From Lytechinus pictus (Eukaryota), in NCBI RefSeq assembly GCF_037042905.1, contig NC_087260.1, positions 22,382,001-22,446,000 of the forward strand: a stretch of 64,000 nt of DNA, given 5' to 3'. A program made the translations under genes and the position numbers. The number at the start of each line of letters is the position of its first letter. The stretch's first letter is position 1. The notes beneath the pieces were generated by a model. That model was not told the DNA's origin. It worked only from the letters and a program-made list of their open reading frames with translations, and did not search any database. Shown one piece after another: positions 49,561-61,645 of this stretch.

Positions 49561-50756
49561 TTCTTCATCACTCTCTCAACTCCCAGGAGTCCCGCTTTCT
49601 TTTCACCAATACCGGTATGTCTATCGATCATAAACATCGTCCATCGATCGTAATATAATACATGCGCGATATCAAAATTAATCAATCAAACCTCAGGACA
49701 GGGGCGGCGGCGCCACAGGGATGGGGGCAGGGGGCAACCGCCCCAATGATTTTCCAAGTAGTCTAGTTAAATGGGGGGGGGGGGGGCAAAAGAGGAAAGA
49801 TGAATAAAGTAAGAGAAGGAATAATAATTTAAAAATTGAAAGGTCTGAACATGCAGTGCAACTCTTTAAATATCTCCACAATTCATATGAAATCACATAA
49901 GAGTTGTCTTGCCCCCTCCCCATATCAAAATATCCCAGCTCCGCCCTAGCATGTAACATGAATGTTACAAGCCAAATGATGTGTTAATTAGACAGTATTA
50001 ATTTTCTTTATTCCTTAGAAAATATAAAGATACCATTCCATTTTAATATTTGCCCGTGAGACAAAACTATATATTTTATGCTACGTACAGAAGGGGGGGG
50101 GGGGGAAGGGGGGCTTGGAGGTGCTTGTTCCCCTAAAAAAAATAACGACCAAGAAAAAAAGAAGAGAAGAAACCGAAAGAGAAAAGGGTAAAATACTAGG
50201 CCCCCATATTATTTTCTGAAATAGGAACAGGTCTGGTGAAGGGCCTGAGCATTAAACAAGTCAAAAACTTGTTAAATGTTTAGAACTTTGAGTAGGCCTA
50301 AATTCAGGGGCTGAACCAGCTTTCGCCAATAAGGGGGGGGGGCGAGCGAAAAAAATTCACCCATATTTTCCCCTCAAATATGATTTGTGTTTGTTTCTTC
50401 GTAACAGTCACTTCTTTGCTTTATTCTTATAAAACATAGTAATCTCATAAACCACAATTAAATAGTGCGAGCACGAAGCGCGGGCTATTTTTTTGTGTAG
50501 TTTCATGAATCTTGTCCGCATGCTTGCAAAGTTGATGATTCTATTTGTCATTTTTTTACTGATTGACACTGATAGATTAACGATTAGACCAACTGAATCA
50601 TGCACACGCTCTGTTTGCTAGTCAGTCACGTGTATACTCTGCTTTCGTTTGCATTATTTGGAATTGTATTCAAAATGAGACTGTGTCAACATAATGGATG
50701 GGGGAAGGCGACGCCACGGGCGGAAGGGGGGTGGTCAGAGGGCGACCGTCGCGAGT

Positions 50757-51388
50757 TCCAATTAAAATCGTGTCCCCGCGCTTCATTATCCAATTAAGAT
50801 GGCGTCCCCACGCGGAGTCATTATCCAATTTCCTGTTTACCGCGTACCCAAAGGTCACGCGAGGCACTCGACATATCTGCTGGTAGGCGGAGAAAGATAA
50901 CTTTTCACTTTTTAACTGTATAGAAATCATACGTCTATTTTGCGCATCGTATCCTATACGTGGCGATGACGATTGCGCCACGGTGGTGCAATACCGGGTA
51001 AAGGGTAATTCCCTGGGATGACATCACGGTGCTTGCGTAGCCGGTGACGTCGTCACCCCCATCATTTCCGGGTTGAAGCGTGGCGTCCCCACGCCGACCC
51101 TCATTATCCAATTAAAATCGCGTCCCGCGTTTCATTATCCAATTAAGATGGCGTCCCCACGCGGAGTCATTATCCAATTAAAATCGTGTCCCCGCGCTTC
51201 ATTATCCAATTAAGATGGCGTCCCCACGCGGAGTCATTATCCAATTTCCTGTTTACCGCGTACCCAAAGGTCAAAGGTCATGATTGACCGGAAGGTGGGG
51301 TCACGGGGTCAACAGTGACCGGAAGTTGTGGTCAAAGGTCATGCGGTCAAAGGTCAAAGGTCAAAGGTCAATTAGGATGAGGTCTAAC
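50757..51388. mobile_element. Third, truncated copy of the Polinton-like terminus (same orientation as the right arm)
   Basis: Matches ~48317-48941. It ends ggtctaac, 11 nt short of the full terminus, and is fused directly to duplication copy 2. Confidence 0.9.
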
Positions 51389-54300
51389 AATGATCATTAT
51401 ACCTCTGTAGAAGTTTCAAGGTTCACATTTTATATGACCATTAATTCTGTAATTGTGTAAATGGATGACTTGAACATGGAACTTACACAGTTGTTTTATT
51501 TCCGTTGACCAAACAAGAGCCATGTGTCCTTAGAACCGACAACCACGATTTACATGGTTTCTGTAATAACTGTGAATTTGGCGTAGAAGGGTATTCATAA
51601 CAACTAGCATTGCACAATATTCTCCAATGCCATTGATCATCTGAGTTTCCATTCCATGCTTTCGGAGTCAGCATTAATTTAGAAAATATAAAATAGGCTC
51701 CCATTCATTTGTCATACATCTGTAGCCTACTCAGTGGAGACAAAACCAACATAATTACGTCTGGATGTCACTTGTTTTATTTTCTGCTATGATTCATCTT
51801 TGGTTATGATCAACAATTAAAAAAAGGCATGCCACCTCTCCTTCAAAAAGGGGGGGAGAAAAAAAGGAAGGGGCAATAGGGTGAAATAAATATAATTTTC
51901 TTTTTCAAATATTCTGCACATATTTTGTTGAGTAAAATACTGCTCTTTTATCGAGAAATATTTTTACACAACCTGTGTTGTGTCACGTTTTACCCAACAA
52001 CAACTATGTTCTCTTTTTACCCAACATAAATACAACAAATTTTACATTCCCATTGTGTCAAATATTCTGCACATTGGTTGAGTAAAATACTGCACGTTTA
52101 TTGGTCAATATTTTACACAATCTGCCCTGAGTAAAGTTTTACTCCAATGGCAACCATGTTCCCTTTTACGTAGGTAGGGTGAAATTTTACTCAATATTGA
52201 GTAATTATTTTGTAGAGTGTACTATTCGTGCCAAATGTATTCAATTATTGTTTATTATATTTTCAAACATCGTTTCACAGAAATATATAACTGTCAAATC
52301 TACGATTTATATCATATTTTCTATCATGATATATCACAACTGAACAAAAAAGTGTAATCTGAAATGTTTATGTTTAGAAGTAGCAAGCACAAGAAATGTT
52401 TTTTCAATTTTTTATTTTTAATTCGTCTAAAATATGAAATTTAGGGGGGACAAAAGGTCACCTAAATATTTTTCAGCTCCTGATGACAAAGAAATATGAT
52501 GAAGGGGCGTGACATACTCATTTGTTTGATATAAAATTTGTCATGATAGCAAAAATATTTTATAATATACAGTAAATTTTATGATGTTTGACAAGTGTCA
52601 ACTTTTTTTTAATTTCCTGGGTGTATGTTAACTTCTAGCCTGAACTGTATATCACAATCGGTAATAGTAAAGTACCGTAGCAATAAAATCATAGATTTTG
52701 AAGGAACGTTGCCAAGGAGCAAGCAGTTCCAGCTTTTATAAATGGGGGGGGGGCGAAAATATTTTCATCCGCATTTCCATGTCACGGCCGCCGAAATCTG
52801 TTTTTTTTAAGGGTTAGTCCTAACTAAATTTTCATTCTAAGAAACAAGATAAGGTATTTTGTGTGACGTGGATATAAGTTACCATGCGAGTGCAAAGCGT
52901 GAGCAAAATTTTTTGGATATTTTATATATTTAGACCTTAAAATTGAACATTGTGACCACTTTTGTTATCATAAACTAGAGGGGTATCTAACTAAACAATC
53001 CATGCATGTGAGCACAAATTGCGAGCTGAAATTTTTAATATACTGGTCAGCAAAAGATTAGTTGAAGACTGTTCGCAGTGAGCCGTGAAATAATAAAATT
53101 TTCACCTATCCAAAAATGAGAGCGCGAAGCGCTAGCTGAAAAATGTCATATTTTTACCTGAAAGCTCGATGAAGAGGATAGATACATTAACCAAACAATC
53201 GTTGCGAGCGCGAAGCGAGAGCTGAAAATTGTGATTCCGACCAGAAAACTGGACATTCTTAGCACTTTTTGTAAGACTAATATGTATATAATTAGACAAT
53301 CCATGCTAGCGCGAGCTAAAACTTTTAAATAAGTGTTCTGAAAAAGGACATGTTGATTAACTGTTTGCAGTGACTCATTGATAGAATACATTTCCTACTA
53401 ATCAAATAGAGCAAGCGCAAAGCGCGAGCTGAAAAAAATATATATTTCGACGAGAAAATTTGACTGTAATCATGAAGAGGATGGATAACATAACCAAATA
53501 ATTGATGCGAGCGCGAAGCGCGAGCTGAAAATTTTGATTTCCGACCAGAAAACTTGACATTCTAAGCACTTTTTGCATGAATGGTATGCGTGTATTACAA
53601 TTCATGACTGTGATCGTTAACCGATACCCTTATATATCTGTTCTGGAAAAGGACATATTAATTAACCGTTTGCAGTGACTCATTAATAGAATACATATCT
53701 CACTAATCAAATAGAGCGAGGAAAAACTATCAATTTTGGATATTGTAAATTGAAAACTAAACATTTTACACGTTTTTACATTAATACAAACTTAGTTTCT
53801 GCATCTGTAATTGAACAAGCTGTGTATCTAAAAAAAAACATATAATGCAAGCGCGAAGCTCGAGCGGAAATTTTCAATATTCTGAGGGAGAATTTAAGCA
53901 CTGTCCAACATGAAGGAAAAATGTGGAGAGGATACATGGATCTAACTATGCGAGCGCGAAGCTTAGCTTTTAATGTAGATTTAGACCTAAATAACAAAAC
54001 ATTTGAAGCGATATAACCGTGATCAGGATGGATATTTTAACCAAAAATATATTACTATATGATGCTAGCGCGAACCGTGAGCTGATTTTTCTTTTCGATA
54101 AAAAAAATTATGAAAATGGATTACTAAGCCAAATAAAAGACATTAGATATCCAATGTAACAATGCGAGCTGATTTTTTTTGTATTAAGACCTGACAGACT
54201 TTAAAAAGGCAACACTCTTTTTGCACTTCTTGTAATAATGAAAACGAAGGGTATCATGCTCAACAAATTTTGATATTGTGAAACATTTTTCAATAGGTCC

Positions 54301-57300
54301 AAAGAACAAACTTTGTATCTCAATAGATAATGTGAGCGCATAGCGCGAGCTGATATTCATACTGACCCTCTAGGGAACCTTTTAAGCGCTGTCCAAGACG
54401 TAAGAATATTGTGAAGATGATATGGATCTCACTAAATGAATGATGCGAAGTGCTAGCCGAAGTTTTTTGCGATTTAGAACTACTAAATTTTTTTTGCGAT
54501 TTAGAACCGGGTCATTCTAATCACTGTCGGTAAAAGCGCGTGTGATTTTTTAGTCGATGTATATCATAAAATCGAGACATCTAATCACTGTCTGTAGATG
54601 AAGAAGCCCTTGGGAACAGCCATGGATGACCAAACATTTACATTCTAATCACTGTCGGTACATGACGCAGTTAGAAAATTCCAGCGTGAACCGACAGTTT
54701 ATCATTTTCTGACAGGCGTCGATCTCACTAAAATAATGAATAATGCGAGCGCGAAGCGCGAGCTGAAAATTTTGGGTGATAGACCTAAAATCGGGACATT
54801 CTAATCACTGTCGGTAGATGAAGCCCTTGGAACAGCCCTTGGTGACCCGACATTTACATTCTAATCACTGTCGGTAAATGAGGCAGTTGGAAAATTCCAG
54901 CGTGACCCGACAGTTTATAATTTTTCTGACAGGTGTCGACCTCACTAAATGAATAATGCGAGCGCGAAGCGCGAGCTGAAATTTTTTGGCAATTTAGGCC
55001 TACAACCGGGCCATTTTAATCACTGTCGGTACAAAGCGTGTGTTCACTTTTTAGGCGATTAAGACCGAAAATCGGTAAATTCTAATCCCTGTCGGTAGAT
55101 GAAGCCGTTGGAAGAGCCATAGGTGACCCGACAGTTTATCGTTTTCCGACAGGCTTCGATCCAACAGCCCCTGCTTTTCTTTTTCTTTGTCTTTTTCTCT
55201 TTCCTTCTTTCTCTTTCTTTTTTCTGTCTTTTTTCTCTCCTTTCTTTTTTCTTCCTTCCTTTTCCCTTCCTTCTTTTTTCCCTCTCTCCTTTTTTCATTT
55301 TTTTCCCGACGGGCGCGCAGATTTACCGACGATATCCAGAGTAGTGGGGGGGGGGGGGTGTTGCACCCCACAACCCCCCCCCCTTTAGCGACGGTCCTGA
55401 TTATATCTCTGTCGAAGTTTCAAGGTTCACATTTTATATGACCATTATTTAACTGTGTAAATGGATGACTTGAACTTGGAACTTTTTTTTTACACAGTTA
55501 TTTTATTTCCATTAACTAAACAAGAGCCATATGTCCTTAGAACCGATAACCATGATTTACATGGTTTCTGTAATAACTGTGAATTTGGCGTAGAAGGGTA
55601 TTCACAACAACTAGCATTGCACAATATTCTCCAATGCCATTGATCATCTGAGTTTCCATTCCATGCTTTCGGAGTCAGCATTAATTTAGAAAATATAAAA
55701 TAGGCTCCCATTCATTTGTCATACATCTGTAGCCTACTCAGTGGAGACAAAACCAACATAATTACGTCTGGACGTCCCTCCCTGCCAACACAAGTAGTAC
55801 ATCTGTGCAAAACAAAAGGAGAGCACCAATAGACATCTCTACTTTGATCGATGAACAGGCTTAGTCCTACATCATCGCTGGAGTAAAGTAAAGTATTAAT
55901 TCTCATAAAGACCGTAAAACTAATCTCTTAATCAAGGCAGGATAATGTTTTTTTTTTCATTTAATCATAAAAACTTTCCAACCTATAACTCGATACATAT
56001 AGTAATAGCATGTATCAAAGAAACGGATATAGCCTAAATCACTGTGAATGCATGAATATTCTTTGTTAGTTTCATAGAAAGCATGTAGGAATTGAAAAAG
56101 GCCTAAAACATGTTCTACAAAAAGAATGTTGCTTCAGTAATTATTTGATGTGACTCACACAATACATTTTGGGTTGCACCACCATTATTCTGATGGTATT
56201 TGAGTTTCAGTGAATCCCGTGTTCATTCCAGTTATAGTCGCTTCAATCATTAGAGTCACAATGTGTATTATCAATAGTAATTTCATTTCAGATGTGAATT
56301 AAAAGGTAAATCATTTGTCAGTCAACATTTTCTGATTTCATGCAGGCGTACTTTATTTGAAATTAAGAAACAAGGTCTGAATATATAAGCAGTACATTCA
56401 GATCTCCTCAAAAGCATTCACCATATTCAACAGTAATCATTTGGTCAGAATTAAACTTTATGAAGAATTTATCTTAATGCACACTTAAAAAACACTTTCA
56501 TTCAATTATTATCTAGAACATGCCGCACGGACATATTGGAATCTTCTGACATTGAACTGAATTGAAGTATTCAATAAACCAGGACGAATATCCAGCTGAT
56601 GGAACTGCACAAGGAGTAAATCAAGTCAACCATCAGTACATCTGCAGACATCGATACACATGTCTGTAGGAAAGAAAGACTTCAATTTCATAGGCTACTG
56701 AGAAATAACTTATGAAGTGAATCCACTACCTGAACACATGATTAAGAAACAGTTTGGATCAAGTGACGTTTTTATCTTCATTTTGGAGTTTATCATTAGA
56801 ACCCCAAACTGATAAACTCTTTTGTGTGTAATCTATTGTAATCCAATTTTTTACACGTTATTTCAATCTATTTTAGGTAATCTATTTTCTAAAATATATT
56901 GGGTGATTTTTAATCAATACAATTTTTATCTTTAATCTGAACTGCTATACATTTACAAATGACACCATGGCAAAACTCGTCATTTTGATAAGTTTACTCG
57001 TCATTATTCATGTGTATGAAGCCAAAGGAATATCCTTAATGCAAGGTCAAGAAGCCAACTTGATTTTCCAATATCCTTGTGATAGTTCAGAAGTTACATT
57101 ACAACAATCTAACAGACGACCATTTTATAGTTCAATAGATGGGTCGTCTCTGTCTTTGCCTGCAAATCAGGCTCAGAGATTTGAGGTTAAGAAACTGATT
57201 ATCAATGCGAGCTGCTCTCTCGATCTTACCATAAAGGATCTAATGAGAGATGATCAAGGAACATACATTTTGTTTGTTTACAAGGATAGGGAAATACTCG

Positions 57301-59230
57301 GTGATCATACACATAGAATTTACCTGAAAGTACATTATCCTCCTGAGAAAGCACTTTGTGTTGTGGGGGAAGATTATGGTAGAGGATGGGTAGAGGTAGA
57401 CTGTACAGCCGATGCTGGAAGTCTATCAGGGAAGATTGAATGCTATCAAAATGGTTTATGGATGCCTCACTTAACAGACCCTGTTGTGAGAGGTTCTTTA
57501 TTGAAACAGACTATTCTCATCAGGAAATCACAGCCAGCGCTTTGTTGCTCTTCTGCTTTTAATGTATATAAATCAAGATGTGAATGTAATGATACTGTCT
57601 TGTTTCAAAATGAATATCATGGAAAAGATCCCTGTTCGAACATACCAATCACAACACAAATATCAACAGATCATACAGACATGGTAACGTTTATAACATC
57701 TATGAACTTTACAGACTACCACTTATCAACATCCACTTATCAAAAAAAAATGTTCAAAGTTAAAACAGTAATCATAGTTTGTGCTCTTACAACAGCTGTG
57801 GTGGTCATATCATTAATATTCACAATTATCCGTGGTACCTACATGGAACAGAAGAACCGGAATAGTAATGTTGCATCAGAGCATCCATCTGCGTTAACAG
57901 ATGTTTATACTGACGCTGAAGAATGTATTGAACTGAATCCGAAACAGGATATACCCCGTTGCAGCAAGGACCTCAAGAAATTTGCAGACATCCATGATAA
58001 AAAATTTTATAAACAAAAAGTTGAATATATTGTCAGGACGATATGAGGAAATATGATATAATTTTATATTCTCCTGGTTAATTCATACATAATTATATTA
58101 TCAAGTCATTTTCAAGTGATCTGATCAAGTAAATGCATCTCAAAGAAAGATTAGTATGTAAATATCAGTATACTTTACTATTATTGCTTATATTTACACA
58201 TTCAATTAGTTGTTCTTATTATCTACAAATATTGCTTTCGAACACATTAAACATCACAGCTGCAAAATTCTTTACAACATTTTGTATAGAATTTATGCTG
58301 AGTAATTAAGAAAATATGGTAATGATTTAGATAGGAAATCATAACAATCATTACATAGTAGACTAATTACCAATTAAAACTTATCATTTCTAATGAGGTA
58401 AACAAAAATAATACTGTATATTGGATAATCAACAGTATTTGAAAATCAAACAAAGGGCATATTCTATTTGAATAATTTTATACCCATTCTTTTGACTTAA
58501 AAAATGGAACCATTCATTGTTCTGACTTCAGAAAAAGCAATGTTTGCCTTGAACCATGGACCCTACCACAATGCTTGAGAAGTGCAATCCAGCTGCGTGA
58601 TATACGGCAGGGAGTAACCCATGCCCCGTTTGATCAAAATGACAATGTGCAGTTGGAATGTCTGGCAAATAATACATCATATCATATTATATTGGTTGGT
58701 TGGTTTCGTCATTTTCATCCCGGGTTTTCACCATTGTAAATAAATTAATATATCAGTAATCATGATAGAGGGTCACTTTGATAGAAAGAGGCAATTTCGA
58801 ATTACTAAAACATGTCAAAATTCATTGTTTTGGTACATGACCTGTATGATTATGTATGTCACACACATTTTTTGATAGATTTAATTGATTTAGAGAAAAT
58901 GTATCTTGAAGAACAGAGACATTCCCGTCACAATGAGTGATTTTTAAACACATTTTCTGAATATGACGAGTTGTATCGCATAATGTATTACAGACTTGCT
59001 GTGACCTATATACGATACGATGACAGATTTGTATGTTACATGTTTTATTTTTGTACTGGAAATATCATGATGAGCTTCTATATCTGTTATTTGTTACATA
59101 CATTCAGTGTATTTGTTTACACCATGTATTCAATGAAAATATTTGTATTATTTTGTGAAATGTTTTAATATTCATTGGGAATATTATTATGAGCTTCCTT
59201 ATGTGTTGCTGACTTGCAGTAGATATGTTT
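51389..59230 (+). repeat. Segmental duplication, copy 2 (partner 33853-43038)
   Basis: Begins aatgatcattatacc, which equals 33853. It lacks the MITE dimer and the palindromic element. Confidence 0.95.
56967..58046 (+). CDS. Intronless Ig-domain type I membrane protein (copy 2)
   Basis: 359 aa. It differs from copy 1 at three residues (TYP>TYQ, VVF>VVV, DKT>DKK). Confidence 0.85.
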   Translation: MAKLVILISLLVIIHVYEAKGISLMQGQEANLIFQYPCDSSEVTLQQSNRRPFYSSIDGSSLSLPANQAQRFEVKKLIINASCSLDLTIKDLMRDDQGTYILFVYKDREILGDHTHRIYLKVHYPPEKALCVVGEDYGRGWVEVDCTADAGSLSGKIECYQNGLWMPHLTDPVVRGSLLKQTILIRKSQPALCCSSAFNVYKSRCECNDTVLFQNEYHGKDPCSNIPITTQISTDHTDMVTFITSMNFTDYHLSTSTYQKKMFKVKTVIIVCALTTAVVVISLIFTIIRGTYMEQKNRNSNVASEHPSALTDVYTDAEECIELNPKQDIPRCSKDLKKFADIHDKKFYKQKVEYIVRTI

Positions 59231-61350
59231 ACACTAGAACAGTATCTATATTTGTGAAATGTTTTAATGTTATATCGGTAATATAATAATGAGCTATGCG
59301 TTACAGAATAGTGGACTTTTACATTATGGCAATATTTGTGTTAGTGAAATGTTTCAATGTAATAATAATGGGAATATCATATTATGTTTCTCTAATATCT
59401 CATAATGTTTTACACTTATTGCCCTTTTTTTAGAATATGATAATATTCTTCCTAAGTAAAATATGAAAAGAATTTCAAATCCCTCAGATTTTCTTCATTT
59501 TTCCAGTAAACCTGATATCCCATTTAATTTTATTCTCTGAGCGTTCAGGTCGATTAGTTGGTCTCACATTTATACGTAAGAGTACACCATGTACACTATA
59601 CTCAAAGGATACCATGCATGAGTACAAAGATGAATTTGTTGTCCTATTGTTTTTTTTTTCATTGTTTAATAGTTGCATGTCAGCTAAATTTTTTTTAGTA
59701 AAATTGCAGATGTGATAAGAAGGGAAATATGTATAGAATCACAAACAGGAGGGGAAAAAATTATTTTGAGATTTCCGAGCATTATACCGGATTTTTCTTC
59801 AGTTTTTCAATGGTAGAACAAGAACAGTCTATTTAAGGTTAAGATGCTAGAATCAAAAGTGATTGTCAAACCTGTGTTTCGTCAAATGTGTAGGCTTAGA
59901 TGACAGATGCATTATAATGTTATGTTGTCGTCGGATCGATATTGCACTTTTATTTTCGACCAGACTTAAATGAAACGAATCAATGCAAGATGTAGAGTTC
60001 ATACTGTATATATTTATTAAAGATGATAACTTGATGATGTTGATGATGATGATGACAAATAGATGAGTAAGTCTAATGGTGACTGTACTCTGAAGTATAA
60101 AATAGACTCTGCAAACTAAATGTGATATAAAATGTAAACTCTTCTGTAGCTCTATCTCTAAACCATTCTCGAATCTAACTCCAATCTCTATAATAATGTA
60201 CACGTATACACGGCTTTTGCAAATGTTAAAAACAACAAGAAATAAAGGTACATGTAACTTGCAATACATGACTTCAATGTGATTACTTTGGGAATATCCT
60301 GGCGAGTTCATCTCTATCTCTGGTATAGGATCAGATTGATGAAGGAGACCTAGGAAGGCTTCTCCTGCACAGAGCCTGGTCCTACAAATCTGGCTTGCTG
60401 GATCAGGCACTGTACTATCTTACAGATTCTGGTCCATGAGAGATGGGCAGAGAGGGAGAGAGAGGGGGGGGGGGGGTGGGAGAGAGCACGGGGGGATAGA
60501 AATAGACACAGAGACAAGTAGGGTAAAGAGAGGTAGAGAGGATGGGGGAGAGGGACATACATATATACAGAGAAATAGATTAGGATTGTTGTTCAAAACA
60601 TAGAAAAGGAGGAGAAAACAACAAAAGAGAAAGAGAAAAAGAAGAAATATGTACAAAACGAGAACATGAAGCAGACATGCAGTGCAAAATTGTCAAATGG
60701 AAGGAAATTATATTAAGAAAAATATAGAAAGAAGCAGACAGAGAATGAGAGGACGAGAGAGGAAAGAAGGACAAGAGAAAAGGTAAAAAAAATCAAGAGA
60801 TAAATCAAAGAGGGATAAAAAATACAAAGATCGTGAGAGACAATTGAGAGAATAAGCAAGAGAGTAAAAAGGATGAAAATGGCAAGAAATAAACGGGCAA
60901 TAAAAGAGACATCCCCCGTAGCGTACGTCCATGTTCATTTATCCTAAATGACCTTTATTCTTGTCAGAAAATACATCCGACAAGTCATTTCATTAAAAGC
61001 TCTTTAGAATCTTGGATTATTGTTTGCTGGTGTAATTTTTGACTGATTTTGATTCAAAAGCTTTCTGTCACACCCCCTGCCACACACACAATCACCCCCT
61101 CCCCCATGTAAGTGTGTTGCCTCTGACCGTGTCATCTTCTCCGTTTGGTCTCGTCAACGGCACTGTCTAATCTAATAGACCGTCTACAACCAGTTCGTCT
61201 ACTAACCATTTGGTCTATTCCCAGTAAGGTTACCCCCTTTCTGGTCAATATCCACTTGAACATTTATCAATGGCGCAGTCACATTTCCCTCTACGGTAGC
61301 CGTACGGTGAGTCGATAACAGCCTTTTAAACCCTTTTTTGGCTCCAGCTA

Positions 61351-61645
61351 CACTGTAAAAAAAACACCTGATTTTACAGGGGAAAAAAGAAGATTTTGCA
61401 GAAAGCAGTAACAGAATCATTCTGTAAATTCATAAAACAGGAATTTTTCTGCAATTTATCAGAACAGGTCTGTTTAAAAAGGGGAAAAGGGTGTTTTTTA
61501 AAGGAAATTTGTAAGGTTCCGTACACCAATTACCAATTTCCTGCAATTTTACATGATGTAAAATTACGCAATCTGGTAAGATTACAGGTGTTCTTGAGAC
61601 TCTGCTGCAGGAATTTTTTTTTAAAGGATATATTTTCTAACAGTG
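61351..61645. mobile_element. CACTG-terminus (EnSpm/CACTA-like) MITE, TA flanks
   Basis: ta|CACTGTAAAAAA ... TTTTCTAACAGTG|ta, with internal ttacag/ctgtaa subrepeats. Confidence 0.7.
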
